Source of the DNA: Ignicoccus pacificus DSM 13166 | GTDB taxonomy: Archaea > Thermoproteota > Thermoprotei_A > Sulfolobales > Ignicoccaceae | Assembly (NCBI GenBank): GCA_025340205.1 | Contig: CP006868.1 | Coordinates: 1,020,001 to 1,052,000 of the forward strand | Direction of reading: 5' to 3' | Length of the DNA: 32,000 nt | Shown here: positions 17,797 through 26,253 of the stretch, piece after piece | Position numbering within the stretch: position 1 is the stretch's first letter | Layout: each line of letters begins with the position of its first letter | Notes under the pieces: generated by a model | The model's input: only the letters and a program-made list of their open reading frames with translations | What the model was told of the DNA's origin: nothing | Database searches by the model: none | Made by a program: the position numbers and the translations under genes

Positions 17797-18548
17797 AGAA
17801 AATGAAGGTAGCCCTCTTACAAGTTTCCGTAAAGGAGGGTGATATTGAGAGGAACCTCGAGATGATAAGGCTAGTCATGAACAGCGTTGTGGCGGATGCC
17901 TACTTCACTCCGGAGATGGCGCTATCAGGGTTTCAAGTAGATGATCTGGAAACGTTCAAGATCGATGGAATATGGGGAATAATTAAGGAGATAAGTGAGG
18001 GAACAGTACTCGGGATGGGTGGACCCCTTTACGAGGGAGGCAAGCTCTACAACTCCTACCTAATCTTCGAAGACGGCAAACTAATTCACGCCAGAAGGAA
18101 GAAGTTGTTGTTCGACTTGATGAACGAAAGAGAACTATTTTCAGAGGGCGAGTTCCCCGAACCCTTCCAGCTACATGGAATGAAATTCGCCGTGGTCATC
18201 TGTTACGAGCTCCGTTTCCCCGAGCTCTTCTGGAAGCTGGCAAGACAAGGAGTTCATGCCTTCTTGGTACCAGCAGCTTGGCCTGCCTCCAGAGTAGAGG
18301 CGTGGAGGGCCCTGATTAGGGCCAGGGCTATAGAGAACTTGGCCTATGTGCTTGCCGTAAACAGGTGGGGGAAGGGGAAGTACGGCCCCTTTGGGGGCTA
18401 TTCGGCATTGATTGATCCCTCAGGGGAGGGATATGAGCTAGGAGAAGGAGTAGGTGCGCTGGTGGGGGAGTTGGATCCGGAGGTGGTATTGAAGGCTAGG
18501 GAATTTCCGTCTTGGAAGGACAGGCTAAGGTACTTCGACCTCGATTGA
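17793..18548 (+). CDS. Carbon-nitrogen hydrolase (nitrilase superfamily)
   Basis: Catalytic motifs: FTPEMALSG (Glu), GKLIHARRKKLLFD (Lys), FAVVICYELRFPELFW (Cys). Confidence 0.92.
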   Translation: MKKMKVALLQVSVKEGDIERNLEMIRLVMNSVVADAYFTPEMALSGFQVDDLETFKIDGIWGIIKEISEGTVLGMGGPLYEGGKLYNSYLIFEDGKLIHARRKKLLFDLMNERELFSEGEFPEPFQLHGMKFAVVICYELRFPELFWKLARQGVHAFLVPAAWPASRVEAWRALIRARAIENLAYVLAVNRWGKGKYGPFGGYSALIDPSGEGYELGEGVGALVGELDPEVVLKAREFPSWKDRLRYFDLD

Positions 18549-19046
18549 GCACTTGTTTACTCCCTTCGAGCTCTTCCCCCTGACCTTGCACTTCAGTATG
18601 GTCTCAAGAAGACCCTTTATCACTCCCTCCTCAAAGATGCATTCCACCTCGGAGCCCATTGAAGGAGCTTCCTCTATGTCAACCTTTATCTTCTTTCCAT
18701 TTACATTAAAACTCACTTTACCGAATCCTATGGTGTTCAAAGTTGCTGAGATTGTGTTAACTAAGTCTTCAAGACTCATTTCTTTTGTGTTCCATCTCTC
18801 AAGTATTATCTCTGCGGTCGCTGCTCCCAGACTCTTGCCCACATTACGTACTATTATCTTAGAGGCGTTCCCAACTATCTTAAAAAATTCATCGTTTAAC
18901 TTGGTGACTAGGGATGCAGGAACTATCATAAAGTCCGAGCTCAGGAGCTCGGACGTTAATTCTGTTCTCTCCTCCGAGTTAAACTCGGCTTGTTGCAACA
19001 AGCACACCGAGCTTTGTTCGCTGAAAAATATTCTATAAGTCACCAT
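18525..19046 (-). CDS. Hypothetical protein, possible V4R-like domain
   Basis: 173-aa ORF: FFKIVGNASKIIVRNVGKSLGAATAEIILERW ... VECIFEEGVIKGLLETILKCKVRGKSSKGVNKCSIEVEV. Confidence 0.55.
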   Translation of the reverse strand: MVTYRIFFSEQSSVCLLQQAEFNSEERTELTSELLSSDFMIVPASLVTKLNDEFFKIVGNASKIIVRNVGKSLGAATAEIILERWNTKEMSLEDLVNTISATLNTIGFGKVSFNVNGKKIKVDIEEAPSMGSEVECIFEEGVIKGLLETILKCKVRGKSSKGVNKCSIEVEVP

Positions 19047-19152
19047 TAAGTGATTGTCAGTGTTTAAGGTCTACAGGGTATATGCCTTACATGTAAGTTA
19101 ATATATACCCGTAACTCGGATTAGTACCGTCTCCTATTCAAGCGTCGAGAGC

Positions 19153-19602
19153 ATGAGGTTGGGAGAGATATCTTCCATTCCATACTCGGTTTTCTCGCCT
19201 TCCCCGCCATCAGAGGTACCTTCGGAGCTAGCTCTGTTCCACGGATGCGGAAACGCTGGGGTAACTCTCTCGTTGCTGAACGAGTATCTAATGGAGTACC
19301 ACAGATATTGGTTTGATGCCCTAGTTCAAGACGCTAGGGAGATAATAGATGATGTCCCCTTGAGCGGTAAAGCGCATGAGATCTTCCTTGAGTCAATTGA
19401 AAATGCTTTGATGAACGCTAAAGCGAGCCTCGAGGGAGCGATGGAGGTTCTCGCTCTTACCTCAACGGCTCTCTATCCTCAGAAGGTTAATGATAATGAG
19501 AAGGACTTGACCATGATAAGCTATGATATTCACATAAGGAGGAAATACAAGAAAGTAATAAAAAACAAGGTCTTACCTTGTCTAAGAGTTGCGACCATAT
19601 AA
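19153..19602 (+). CDS. Hypothetical protein, no recognised family
   Basis: 149-aa ORF in an otherwise uncovered interval; soluble, largely alpha-helical composition. Confidence 0.4.
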   Translation: MRLGEISSIPYSVFSPSPPSEVPSELALFHGCGNAGVTLSLLNEYLMEYHRYWFDALVQDAREIIDDVPLSGKAHEIFLESIENALMNAKASLEGAMEVLALTSTALYPQKVNDNEKDLTMISYDIHIRRKYKKVIKNKVLPCLRVATI

Positions 19603-19809
19603 GTACCATAGCGCTAAGACAGTGGCCAGAAGGGTTAGCACAGCTATTGGTAGGAGCAAGGTAGGTACTACGAAGTAAGCCGTCACGATGATTATTGACG
19701 CCAGCGCTATGGTTCCGGCGCCCCATCCCCATCTCCACTCGTGCCTGAACCTCATGGGTGCACCGAAGGCAATTAACGCAATTAGCAAGAGGGCTAAGGC
19801 AGTCCTCAC
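19582..19809 (-). CDS. Small membrane protein (signal-like N-terminus plus hydrophobic helices)
   Basis: MRTALALLLIALIAFGAPM...GTIALASIIIVTAYFVVPTLLLPIAVLTLLATVLALWYLYGRNS. Confidence 0.5.
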   Translation of the reverse strand: MRTALALLLIALIAFGAPMRFRHEWRWGWGAGTIALASIIIVTAYFVVPTLLLPIAVLTLLATVLALWYLYGRNS

Positions 19810-19882
19810 GTCCCCTTACCAGGGGCTCAAATCTTCACGAGGCATATAGATACTTTCGTCGCGCTCTCTCCATTGAAATTTC

Positions 19883-20269
19883 TTGGATCTCTCTTCTCCA
19901 TGGGGGTGTTCCATGTTTGAAAAGCTTCCGGGGGCTAGCGAGGCTGAAGGGTACTGGTTGGGGCTGCCGAAGCTCACTCCTAGAGACGTCGTGTTGATAG
20001 CGATAGTAAGGGGAGCTAAGGAGGTAAACGATATACTCAAGCTACATGATGAACTCGCATCGAGGGGCATGGTAACGATACCTTCCGAGGAAGAGATCAT
20101 TAGGACGCTGAGGGAGCTTGACGCCTTTGGGATAATAAGGCTCAAAGGAGGCAAAATAGAGCTAGTGGACTCTGAATTCTCGGAGGAGTTCAAAGAATCA
20201 TTGAACTTTAAGGTTAGATTAGTAAATGTGGTTGGAAAAGAGGAAATTCAGATATCCACGACGAACTGA
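19883..20269 (+). CDS. Hypothetical winged-helix-like protein (likely start ATG 19913)
   Basis: MFEKLPGASEAEGYWLGLPKLTPRDVVLIAIVRGAKEVNDILKLHDELASRGMVTIPSEEEIIRTLRELDAFGIIRLKGGKIEL. Confidence 0.5.
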   Translation: MDLSSPWGCSMFEKLPGASEAEGYWLGLPKLTPRDVVLIAIVRGAKEVNDILKLHDELASRGMVTIPSEEEIIRTLRELDAFGIIRLKGGKIELVDSEFSEEFKESLNFKVRLVNVVGKEEIQISTTN

Positions 20270-20706
20270 ACCCTCCAGCAATCCCCAACCTTTTCTATCT
20301 TCATCTCGGCGTAAGTCATCGCCTTTACGATGGTACCATATTCGTGTTTCTCGGGATCGAAGAGCTCTCCGCAAGCTCTTCCCTTTATCAAGTACTTGCC
20401 CTCTTTCTTCTCCAACTTAACTTCAAACTTGGAGAAGACCAATCCTTCGGAGTCGAAGTATAGGAGCAAATCATCAATCCATTTATAGAGGGCTTGTTCC
20501 AAATCATCAGCTTCGTCCTCTACCTCTCTACACTCCTTCGGTTCGACCTTCTTTACGTCGGTTATTACAGCAAACACTCCCTTGGCGGCGTTCGCAAACG
20601 CTTCCTCTAGGGTCTCCCCATATCCTACCACGATGACGTCGGCGGTATGAGGCAAGTGTTCGAACTCCTTAGGACAAGGCATGTTCAGTCCCAAGGGGAT
20701 GGTCAT
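20248..20706 (-). CDS. Archease (activator of RtcB tRNA ligase)
   Basis: FEHLPHTADVIVVGYGETLEEAFANAAKGVFAVITD ... GTIVKAMTYAEMKIEK. Confidence 0.92.
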   Translation of the reverse strand: MTIPLGLNMPCPKEFEHLPHTADVIVVGYGETLEEAFANAAKGVFAVITDVKKVEPKECREVEDEADDLEQALYKWIDDLLLYFDSEGLVFSKFEVKLEKKEGKYLIKGRACGELFDPEKHEYGTIVKAMTYAEMKIEKVGDCWRVQFVVDI

Positions 20707-20777
20707 GAGTTGGTATAATAGATCGAGAGCCCAGCTCGTTAATAGCCAAAGGAAAGGTCAGTGAGAGGGAGAAAGGT

Positions 20778-21242
20778 ATGAACTGTCTTTACTCCGCCTT
20801 GATCTCGGCGTTGCCAGTCGTGGAAATAAGGGGAGCTATACCGTACCTAATAGCTAACGGCTGTCCGCTGTACTTCATTGTAATATGCTACGTCGTGGGC
20901 ACCCTTACGGGCTTCTTGGTCTACCTCTTCTTAGAGGAGATACTGAGGATCGCAAGGAACATCCTTCATAAATACTGGAAGGGAGGCCTCAAGATATTGG
21001 ATAAGATTGTGGAAAGGGCGGAGAAGGGTGCCGGCCCCAAGGTGGAAAAGTATGGAACCCTAGGACTGGCCTTGTTCGTCGCTATACCAGCCCCTGGAAC
21101 CGGCGTCTGGACGGGGGCCATGGCCGGATATTTACTGGGACTCAAGAAAAGGGATGTGCTGCTGGCATTGGCGCTGGGCAACTTGGGTGCTACGATAATA
21201 GTTACGTTGCTCAGCTTGGGGGCGGCTAAGGCGGTAGCTTAA
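20778..21242 (+). CDS. Small multi-drug export family membrane protein (COG2426-like)
   Basis: ISALPVVEIRGAIPYLIANGCPLYFIVICYVVGTLTGFLVYLFLEEI...GLALFVAIPAPGTGVWTGAMAGYLLG. Confidence 0.8.
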   Translation: MNCLYSALISALPVVEIRGAIPYLIANGCPLYFIVICYVVGTLTGFLVYLFLEEILRIARNILHKYWKGGLKILDKIVERAEKGAGPKVEKYGTLGLALFVAIPAPGTGVWTGAMAGYLLGLKKRDVLLALALGNLGATIIVTLLSLGAAKAVA

Positions 21243-21308
21243 GGGCTCGGAGCACGGCTTGTGCTTTCATCGCTCAACTGAAACACGGTTCCTCATCGCC
21301 AAAGATCC

Positions 21309-21464
21309 TTAGACGAGCAGGGTGTACACCACGTAGGTAGCTAGGGCTGCTGTAATCACCGAGGCTAAGTCAGCTACGCTGTGGTAAACTACCTTTGAAA
21401 TCTCAAAGGCCACAAAGAACGTAACTATCAATATAATTCCTAAGGTTATCAAGTCTAGAGCCAT
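21309..21464 (-). CDS. 51-aa small membrane protein (absent from the supplied ORF track)
   Basis: Hand translation from ATG at 21464: MALDLITLGIILIVTFFVAFEISKVVYHSVADLASVITAALATYVVYTLLV*. Confidence 0.5.
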   Translation of the reverse strand: MALDLITLGIILIVTFFVAFEISKVVYHSVADLASVITAALATYVVYTLLV

Positions 21465-21558
21465 AGTTCTTCCCCTTTAGGCTAATCTAGGAAGGGGTCT
21501 TCAATGTTGGACGTCCTCGGCCTCATCTGAGCTCCGCTTCAGACGTCCTTCCAAAAAC

Positions 21559-22911
21559 TCACTTCCTCCTCCTCAGTAAGGCTAGGAGGGGTATGGCTAG
21601 CGCTAGCAGGGCGGGAGAGGGAATTCCGCTGGAAGATATGGAATTGTACGCGCTGGTGTACATACTCGTCATTGAGGTTAGATAAGGTAAGACCTTGGGA
21701 GCTATGCCGAAGCTCATGTAGTAAATGTCTAGGTAATAGTAGCCAGTACTGTTTGTAAACGAGAACGCTAAGTAGGAAGAGTCGGCTTTACCCCTAATTG
21801 CAAGGGCCTCAATGGGGCCGTTGGCGTGTAGATCTGCTACTTCCTTGCCAGTAGGCGTGTAGAAGCCTATTATGTCATCCATTGCGTTATTCACAATCGC
21901 TATTATGTTACAATCGTCTGTAACTCCCATTAGCTTGACGTTAGAATAGCTAAAGGTGCTGTTCAGGATAGGGTTGGTTAGGTTAGAGAAGCTCCATGAT
22001 TCTATATCGTTTGGAGTGACCACTATCAAATAGTTTGTTCCGTTCTGGTTGCATGCCTTCATTATGGATATTTGTGCTGGGAACTTCTCGCTCATTATAA
22101 CGGCTCCCGTTGACTCGTTGAGGAGCGTTAGGTTCCCGCTAACGGAGTCGTATATGCCGATGACCCTTCCTTGGGTCGTGTTGAAGTAGAACGGTCGCAC
22201 CGTTACGTTCTGGAAGGTGACGTTCCAAAGCCTAGCTCCGCTGGTGTCGTTCACTAAGGTACAGATGCTACCACACATCACGACCTTGCCGTCTGGCAGC
22301 GCTAAGAGAGTTTGGTTTATCGGAGTACCGTAGGGTGCGACGTAGACCCAGTAGTTGTAATAGTTGATGCTAGTAGCGCTGAGGACAGAGGAGGTAGGGA
22401 CGTATACCTTCTTGTTTATGTATATTCCAGGAGGGTACTGAGTATTGGCGGTGTAACTGTAGGACATAATGGCATAGAGCTTGTTTGAGAACACATTCAA
22501 GGATTTGTAGAGGATGTAGGTGGAATTGCTGGTCGGGTTATAAAAGACTGGAACGACGGTTCCGGTAACGAAGAACTCACCGTAATCCTTAGAGGTGTTA
22601 GGTATGGTCTTATCGAATGCTATACCCATGCCGACCAGTTGGACATTGGTTAAGTTATATTGGGTGTAATTGAAGCTAGAGATGGCAACTTCGGGTAGCG
22701 GATAGATGTAAAGCTTCTCAAATACCTTTATAAAGAATTTACTGGTCATCGACATAACAGTGCTGTAAGCGGTGCTTGTCAAGGTATTGGTATAGGTAGT
22801 ATATATTGTGTACGCGTGAGTTATGCCTATACCACCAAATACTAGCACTAGCAAGCTAATCCCTATGGTTTTTCTACTCACCAGATCCACTCTCAAGTTA
22901 TATCTCTGCAA
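21559..22911 (-). CDS. Large exported surface protein with N-terminal TM/signal and C-terminal hydrophobic tail ending RRRK
   Basis: N-terminal ISLLVLVFGGIGITHAY; many Asn/Thr/Ser/Tyr with numerous N-x-S/T sequons; C-terminus SSSGIPSPALLALAIPLLALLRRRK. Confidence 0.75.
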   Translation of the reverse strand: MQRYNLRVDLVSRKTIGISLLVLVFGGIGITHAYTIYTTYTNTLTSTAYSTVMSMTSKFFIKVFEKLYIYPLPEVAISSFNYTQYNLTNVQLVGMGIAFDKTIPNTSKDYGEFFVTGTVVPVFYNPTSNSTYILYKSLNVFSNKLYAIMSYSYTANTQYPPGIYINKKVYVPTSSVLSATSINYYNYWVYVAPYGTPINQTLLALPDGKVVMCGSICTLVNDTSGARLWNVTFQNVTVRPFYFNTTQGRVIGIYDSVSGNLTLLNESTGAVIMSEKFPAQISIMKACNQNGTNYLIVVTPNDIESWSFSNLTNPILNSTFSYSNVKLMGVTDDCNIIAIVNNAMDDIIGFYTPTGKEVADLHANGPIEALAIRGKADSSYLAFSFTNSTGYYYLDIYYMSFGIAPKVLPYLTSMTSMYTSAYNSISSSGIPSPALLALAIPLLALLRRRK

Positions 22912-23101
22912 AAGTATGCTATAAGTTCTTATTTATTCAATTATGATAAAAATAACATATTTAAGATACGCCGCAACCTCCTTTATCTAGTTTAGGTATT
23001 GGGAACATTTAATTGTAGATTTGAAGATAGTTGAAAAAGTTTCACCTCGTGAAAACCCTTGAACTTAAACCTCCTTTCGTGATATCAGCCGGGGACCGAT
23101 C

Positions 23102-24136
23102 GTGCTCCTCTCGAATAGGGACAAACTCGTGGAAGTTGGATTTGACGCAATAGCAACCTTCTTCTACAAGCTAGCCGAGATAAGTGACAAGCTTAAGGAA
23201 GAGGGACTCTGGACTTATCTCCCAGACCCCTCTGAGCTTAGGGAAAAGGTTGCTACTGGAACAGTTAGGGTGAAGCTAGGCTTTCCTGTCTATCAGAAAG
23301 GCGGAGTAATCATGGACGTGACCAACGTGGAACAAGCCCAAACGGCCGAGGACGCCGGAGCGGTAGCGGTCATGGTGCTCGACAAGCTACCTTATGACAT
23401 AAGGAAGGCCGGCGGAGTGGCCAGGATGGCGGACGTGAACGTAATAAAGGAGGTAATGGACTCCATCTCCCTTCCAGTTATGGCGAAGGTGAGGATAGGT
23501 CACTTCATGGAGGCTAGGGTGCTAGAGGCCCTAGGAGTCGACATGATAGACGAGAGCGAGGTGCTAACCCCAGCCGATGAGAAGCATCACATAAACAAGT
23601 GGCAGTTCAAGGTGCCCTTCGTGAACGGAGCCAGGAACCTAGGAGAGGCCTTGAGGAGGATAAGCGAGGGAGCCTCCATGATAAGGACCAAGGGAGAGGC
23701 GGGAACTGGAAACGTAGCTGAAGCTGTTAGGCACATGAAGACGGTAATGGGTGAGCTAAGGCAACTAATAACGATGCCCGAGGAGGACAGGGTACTAAAG
23801 GCTAGGGAGATGGGAGTGAGCTACGAGTTGGTCGAATTAACGGTGAGACTTCAGAGGCTCCCGGTGGTGAACTTCGCCGCTGGAGGAATAGCTACCCCAG
23901 CGGACGCGGCCCTGATGATGTGGCTTGGAGCGGACGGAGTGTTCGTAGGATCCGGAATATTCAAGAGTCAAGATCCGAGGCAGAGGGCCGAGGCGATAGT
24001 TCTAGCGACGTCCCTCTGGATGGATCCCGAGGCGGTTCTAGAGGCACAGAAGATGATAAGCGAGAGGAAGAGCATGATGGGAATTGATATAAGGCAGCTG
24101 AAGCCAGAAGAGCTACTACAAGTTAGAGGAGAGTAA
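23102..24136 (+). CDS. pdxS: Pyridoxal 5'-phosphate synthase, PdxS subunit
   Basis: [106 protein letters not shown]. Confidence 0.98.
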   Translation: MLLSNRDKLVEVGFDAIATFFYKLAEISDKLKEEGLWTYLPDPSELREKVATGTVRVKLGFPVYQKGGVIMDVTNVEQAQTAEDAGAVAVMVLDKLPYDIRKAGGVARMADVNVIKEVMDSISLPVMAKVRIGHFMEARVLEALGVDMIDESEVLTPADEKHHINKWQFKVPFVNGARNLGEALRRISEGASMIRTKGEAGTGNVAEAVRHMKTVMGELRQLITMPEEDRVLKAREMGVSYELVELTVRLQRLPVVNFAAGGIATPADAALMMWLGADGVFVGSGIFKSQDPRQRAEAIVLATSLWMDPEAVLEAQKMISERKSMMGIDIRQLKPEELLQVRGE

Positions 24137-24266
24137 GTATAAAATCTTCTCTTTAATTATTTCGAAAACGAATATGGGAGTTAGAACACCCTTCAAGATC
24201 TCAATATCCTGTCATGAGTTAAGAGACATGAGGGAGGAGCTGAGGATCTAGTCATGTAAACTAAAT

Positions 24267-24638
24267 CTAGAATAACGGTAAGTACTTCCCGAAGTTTATC
24301 CTGACGTGAGCCCTACACCCTTCCTTACCACAGTTCAGACCTTCAACATCTACCTCCACCCACGTGGCCCCTTCTATCTCAGAGCTAACCAAATTAGCGA
24401 GTAAGGGCCCCAATTCCCCTAAGGGGGAGCCGAAGAACTTCAAGGATTTCAGCTCCTTCACGACGTTCTTACCCCTCCCTTCGCTTAACCAGTATATATC
24501 TAAGGTAATCTCGTTATCTTTTGCTTGATATGTAATCATGTCGGCATCGAGCATATCCTTTGCTCTCGTCAGTACGTTTCTAACCTCTTCTATCACGTCT
24601 CCCACCGCTCGAGAGCGGTCACCTATTTCGATAGCCAC
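24267..24638 (-). CDS. Hypothetical protein; C-terminal half resembles the end of a V4R-like domain
   Basis: EITLDIYWLSEG...LGELGPLLANLVSSEIEGATWVEVDVEGLNCGKEGCRAHVRI. Confidence 0.5.
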   Translation of the reverse strand: MAIEIGDRSRAVGDVIEEVRNVLTRAKDMLDADMITYQAKDNEITLDIYWLSEGRGKNVVKELKSLKFFGSPLGELGPLLANLVSSEIEGATWVEVDVEGLNCGKEGCRAHVRINFGKYLPLF

Positions 24639-24694
24639 AAAGGTATAAATGTATTACATGCACTGCCCTTTCGAGGGTTTACTGTCCGAGAGCT

Positions 24695-24706
24695 TTGACC
24701 GGTCAA
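24695..24706. promoter_or_regulatory. Perfect 12-bp palindrome TTGACCGGTCAA upstream of the TetR gene
   Basis: Seen in sequence: ctTTGACCGGTCAAggg, about 20 nt upstream of a TATA-like gTATATAcc (near 24726-24733). Confidence 0.55.
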
Positions 24707-24740
24707 GGGTGCTTTTAACACTAAGTATATACCTACTCCT

Positions 24741-25301
24741 TTGGGTTCAGGCTTGCCAGAGGGGAAGGCCACTAGGGAGAACATCTTGAACGCTGCTAAG
24801 AAGGTCTTCGCAGACATGGGGTTTAGTAAGGCCTCCGTTGAAATAATAGCTAGAGAGGCAAACGTATCCAAGAGCCTAGTCTTCTGGTACTTCAAGAACA
24901 AGAGGGAACTCATCCAAGAGGTGGTTAAGGAGATACTTCCTAAGAGGATAATCATGGAGTGTTTGGATAAGGATCTGAAGGGAGAGGAACTCTTGAGGTG
25001 CGTAATTAGGAACTACATAAACTTGCTCTCCGATGAGGTTAACAAGAAGCTCGCCCTTCATTTAATAGACATGTCCATCACTGATGAAGAATACAAGAAG
25101 CTCTACGACGAGTTCTGTGAGGAGGGTCTAGCCAAGCTCGCGGAGAAGCTCTTCTGTAAAGAGCCCGGAGAGTTGGAGATGGCAGCTATGAGAGGTCTCC
25201 ACGGTATGCTCATATGCAACATAATTAGAGGTCAGACCTCTGAGGACATATTGACGACCTTGGCCCTGAACTTACTCAAGCCACTAGGTCTCTGTTCTTG
25301 A
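24741..25301 (+). CDS. TetR/AcrR-family transcriptional regulator (start may be TTG 24753)
   Basis: ATRENILNAAKKVFADMGFSKASVEIIAREANVSKSLVFWYFKNKRELIQEVV. Confidence 0.93.
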   Translation: MGSGLPEGKATRENILNAAKKVFADMGFSKASVEIIAREANVSKSLVFWYFKNKRELIQEVVKEILPKRIIMECLDKDLKGEELLRCVIRNYINLLSDEVNKKLALHLIDMSITDEEYKKLYDEFCEEGLAKLAEKLFCKEPGELEMAAMRGLHGMLICNIIRGQTSEDILTTLALNLLKPLGLCS

Positions 25302-25318
25302 AATGACCATCCTCACTA

Positions 25319-25328
25319 ACTTATAAAT
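25319..25328 (+). promoter_or_regulatory. Candidate TATA box for the hsp20 gene
   Basis: acTTATAAATct, located 33-42 nt upstream of ATG 25361. Confidence 0.5.
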
Positions 25329-25360
25329 CTTTTCATTGTGCTTGAACCCGGTAGAGTGCT

Positions 25361-25894
25361 ATGTTCTGGAGAAGGAGATCCCCCTTCGACTTGTTCGATT
25401 ATTTGCTCAGAGACATAGAGAGGGAGCTACAGCTCTTCGAGGAGGAGTTCGAGAGGATAATGGAGGAAGCTGCCAAGAGCGGAGAGGTGAGGGTCGAGCG
25501 CTATGGTCCTTACGTTTACGGCTTCTCCATAACCATAGGTCCCGACGGAAGACCCGTAATCAGGGAGTTCGGTAATATAAAGAGGGGACTAACCGGGACC
25601 AAGGTTGAGGAAGAGTTCGAGCCGTTGGTCGACGTCATGGAGGATGACGACACCGTAACCGTGGTAGCAGAACTACCCGGCGTCAAGAAGGAAAAGGTCA
25701 AGGTTAAGGTGGGAGAAGACTACGTCGAGATAAGGGCCAGCAACGGAAAGAAGTACTACAAGAGGGTCAAGCTGCCAGCTAAGGTGAAGCCGGAGACCGC
25801 TAAGGCCAACTTCAACAACGGCGTGCTCGAGGTTGTTGTTGAGAAGAAGGAGAAAAAGAAAAAGGAAGGAGAAGTAGAGATAACCCCCGAGTAA
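25361..25894 (+). CDS. Small heat shock protein, Hsp20/alpha-crystallin family
   Basis: FDLFDYLLRDIERELQLFEEEFERIMEEA...VDVMEDDDTVTVVAELPGVKKEKVKVKVGEDYVEIRA...ANFNNGVLEVVVEKKEKKK. Confidence 0.95.
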   Translation: MFWRRRSPFDLFDYLLRDIERELQLFEEEFERIMEEAAKSGEVRVERYGPYVYGFSITIGPDGRPVIREFGNIKRGLTGTKVEEEFEPLVDVMEDDDTVTVVAELPGVKKEKVKVKVGEDYVEIRASNGKKYYKRVKLPAKVKPETAKANFNNGVLEVVVEKKEKKKKEGEVEITPE

Positions 25895-25896
25895 CC

Positions 25897-26217
25897 TCAT
25901 TTCTTTATCTTTCTCCTTATTCTCTTACTCTGTATATACCTATCCAGCTCGGCCAAAGCTTCCTTGAGCACCGCTTCCAACCTTTTGTCATACCTTCCGG
26001 TGCCTATCTTCTTTCTCACGTCCTTTACCGGGGCTATCCTTATCTTGGTCTTCATAGGATCCAACACGAGCTCAGCTCCACAGTAAGGACATCTGTAGCC
26101 GTGCTTGCTGACTACCTCTTGAAAGGAGGGTGGACCTCTAGATCCGTTTCCTACGAATATTTCCAAAGGTCTTCCGCATGATGAGCATACGTAGACCAAG
26201 GGCACTATTAATCCCAT
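25897..26217 (-). CDS. Hypothetical zinc-ribbon protein
   Basis: YVCSSCGRPLEIFVG...YRCPYCGAELVLDP gives two CxxC motifs. Confidence 0.65.
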   Translation of the reverse strand: MGLIVPLVYVCSSCGRPLEIFVGNGSRGPPSFQEVVSKHGYRCPYCGAELVLDPMKTKIRIAPVKDVRKKIGTGRYDKRLEAVLKEALAELDRYIQSKRIRRKIKK

Positions 26218-26253
26218 AGCTTAGTAATACCGAGAAAGGTAATGAAGGAGGAA

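Noticed and set aside
19487-19738. 83-aa minus-strand ORF overlapping two other ORFs
   Set aside because: Poor composition (Ser/His/Cys-rich) and overlaps a better small membrane protein frame.
24168-24250. Repeated ATGAG-type boxes plus CTGA and TTCGAAAACGAA downstream of pdxS, considered as C/D sRNA or terminator
   Set aside because: Box sequences and spacing do not fit C/D rules, and the dyad is too short to claim a terminator.
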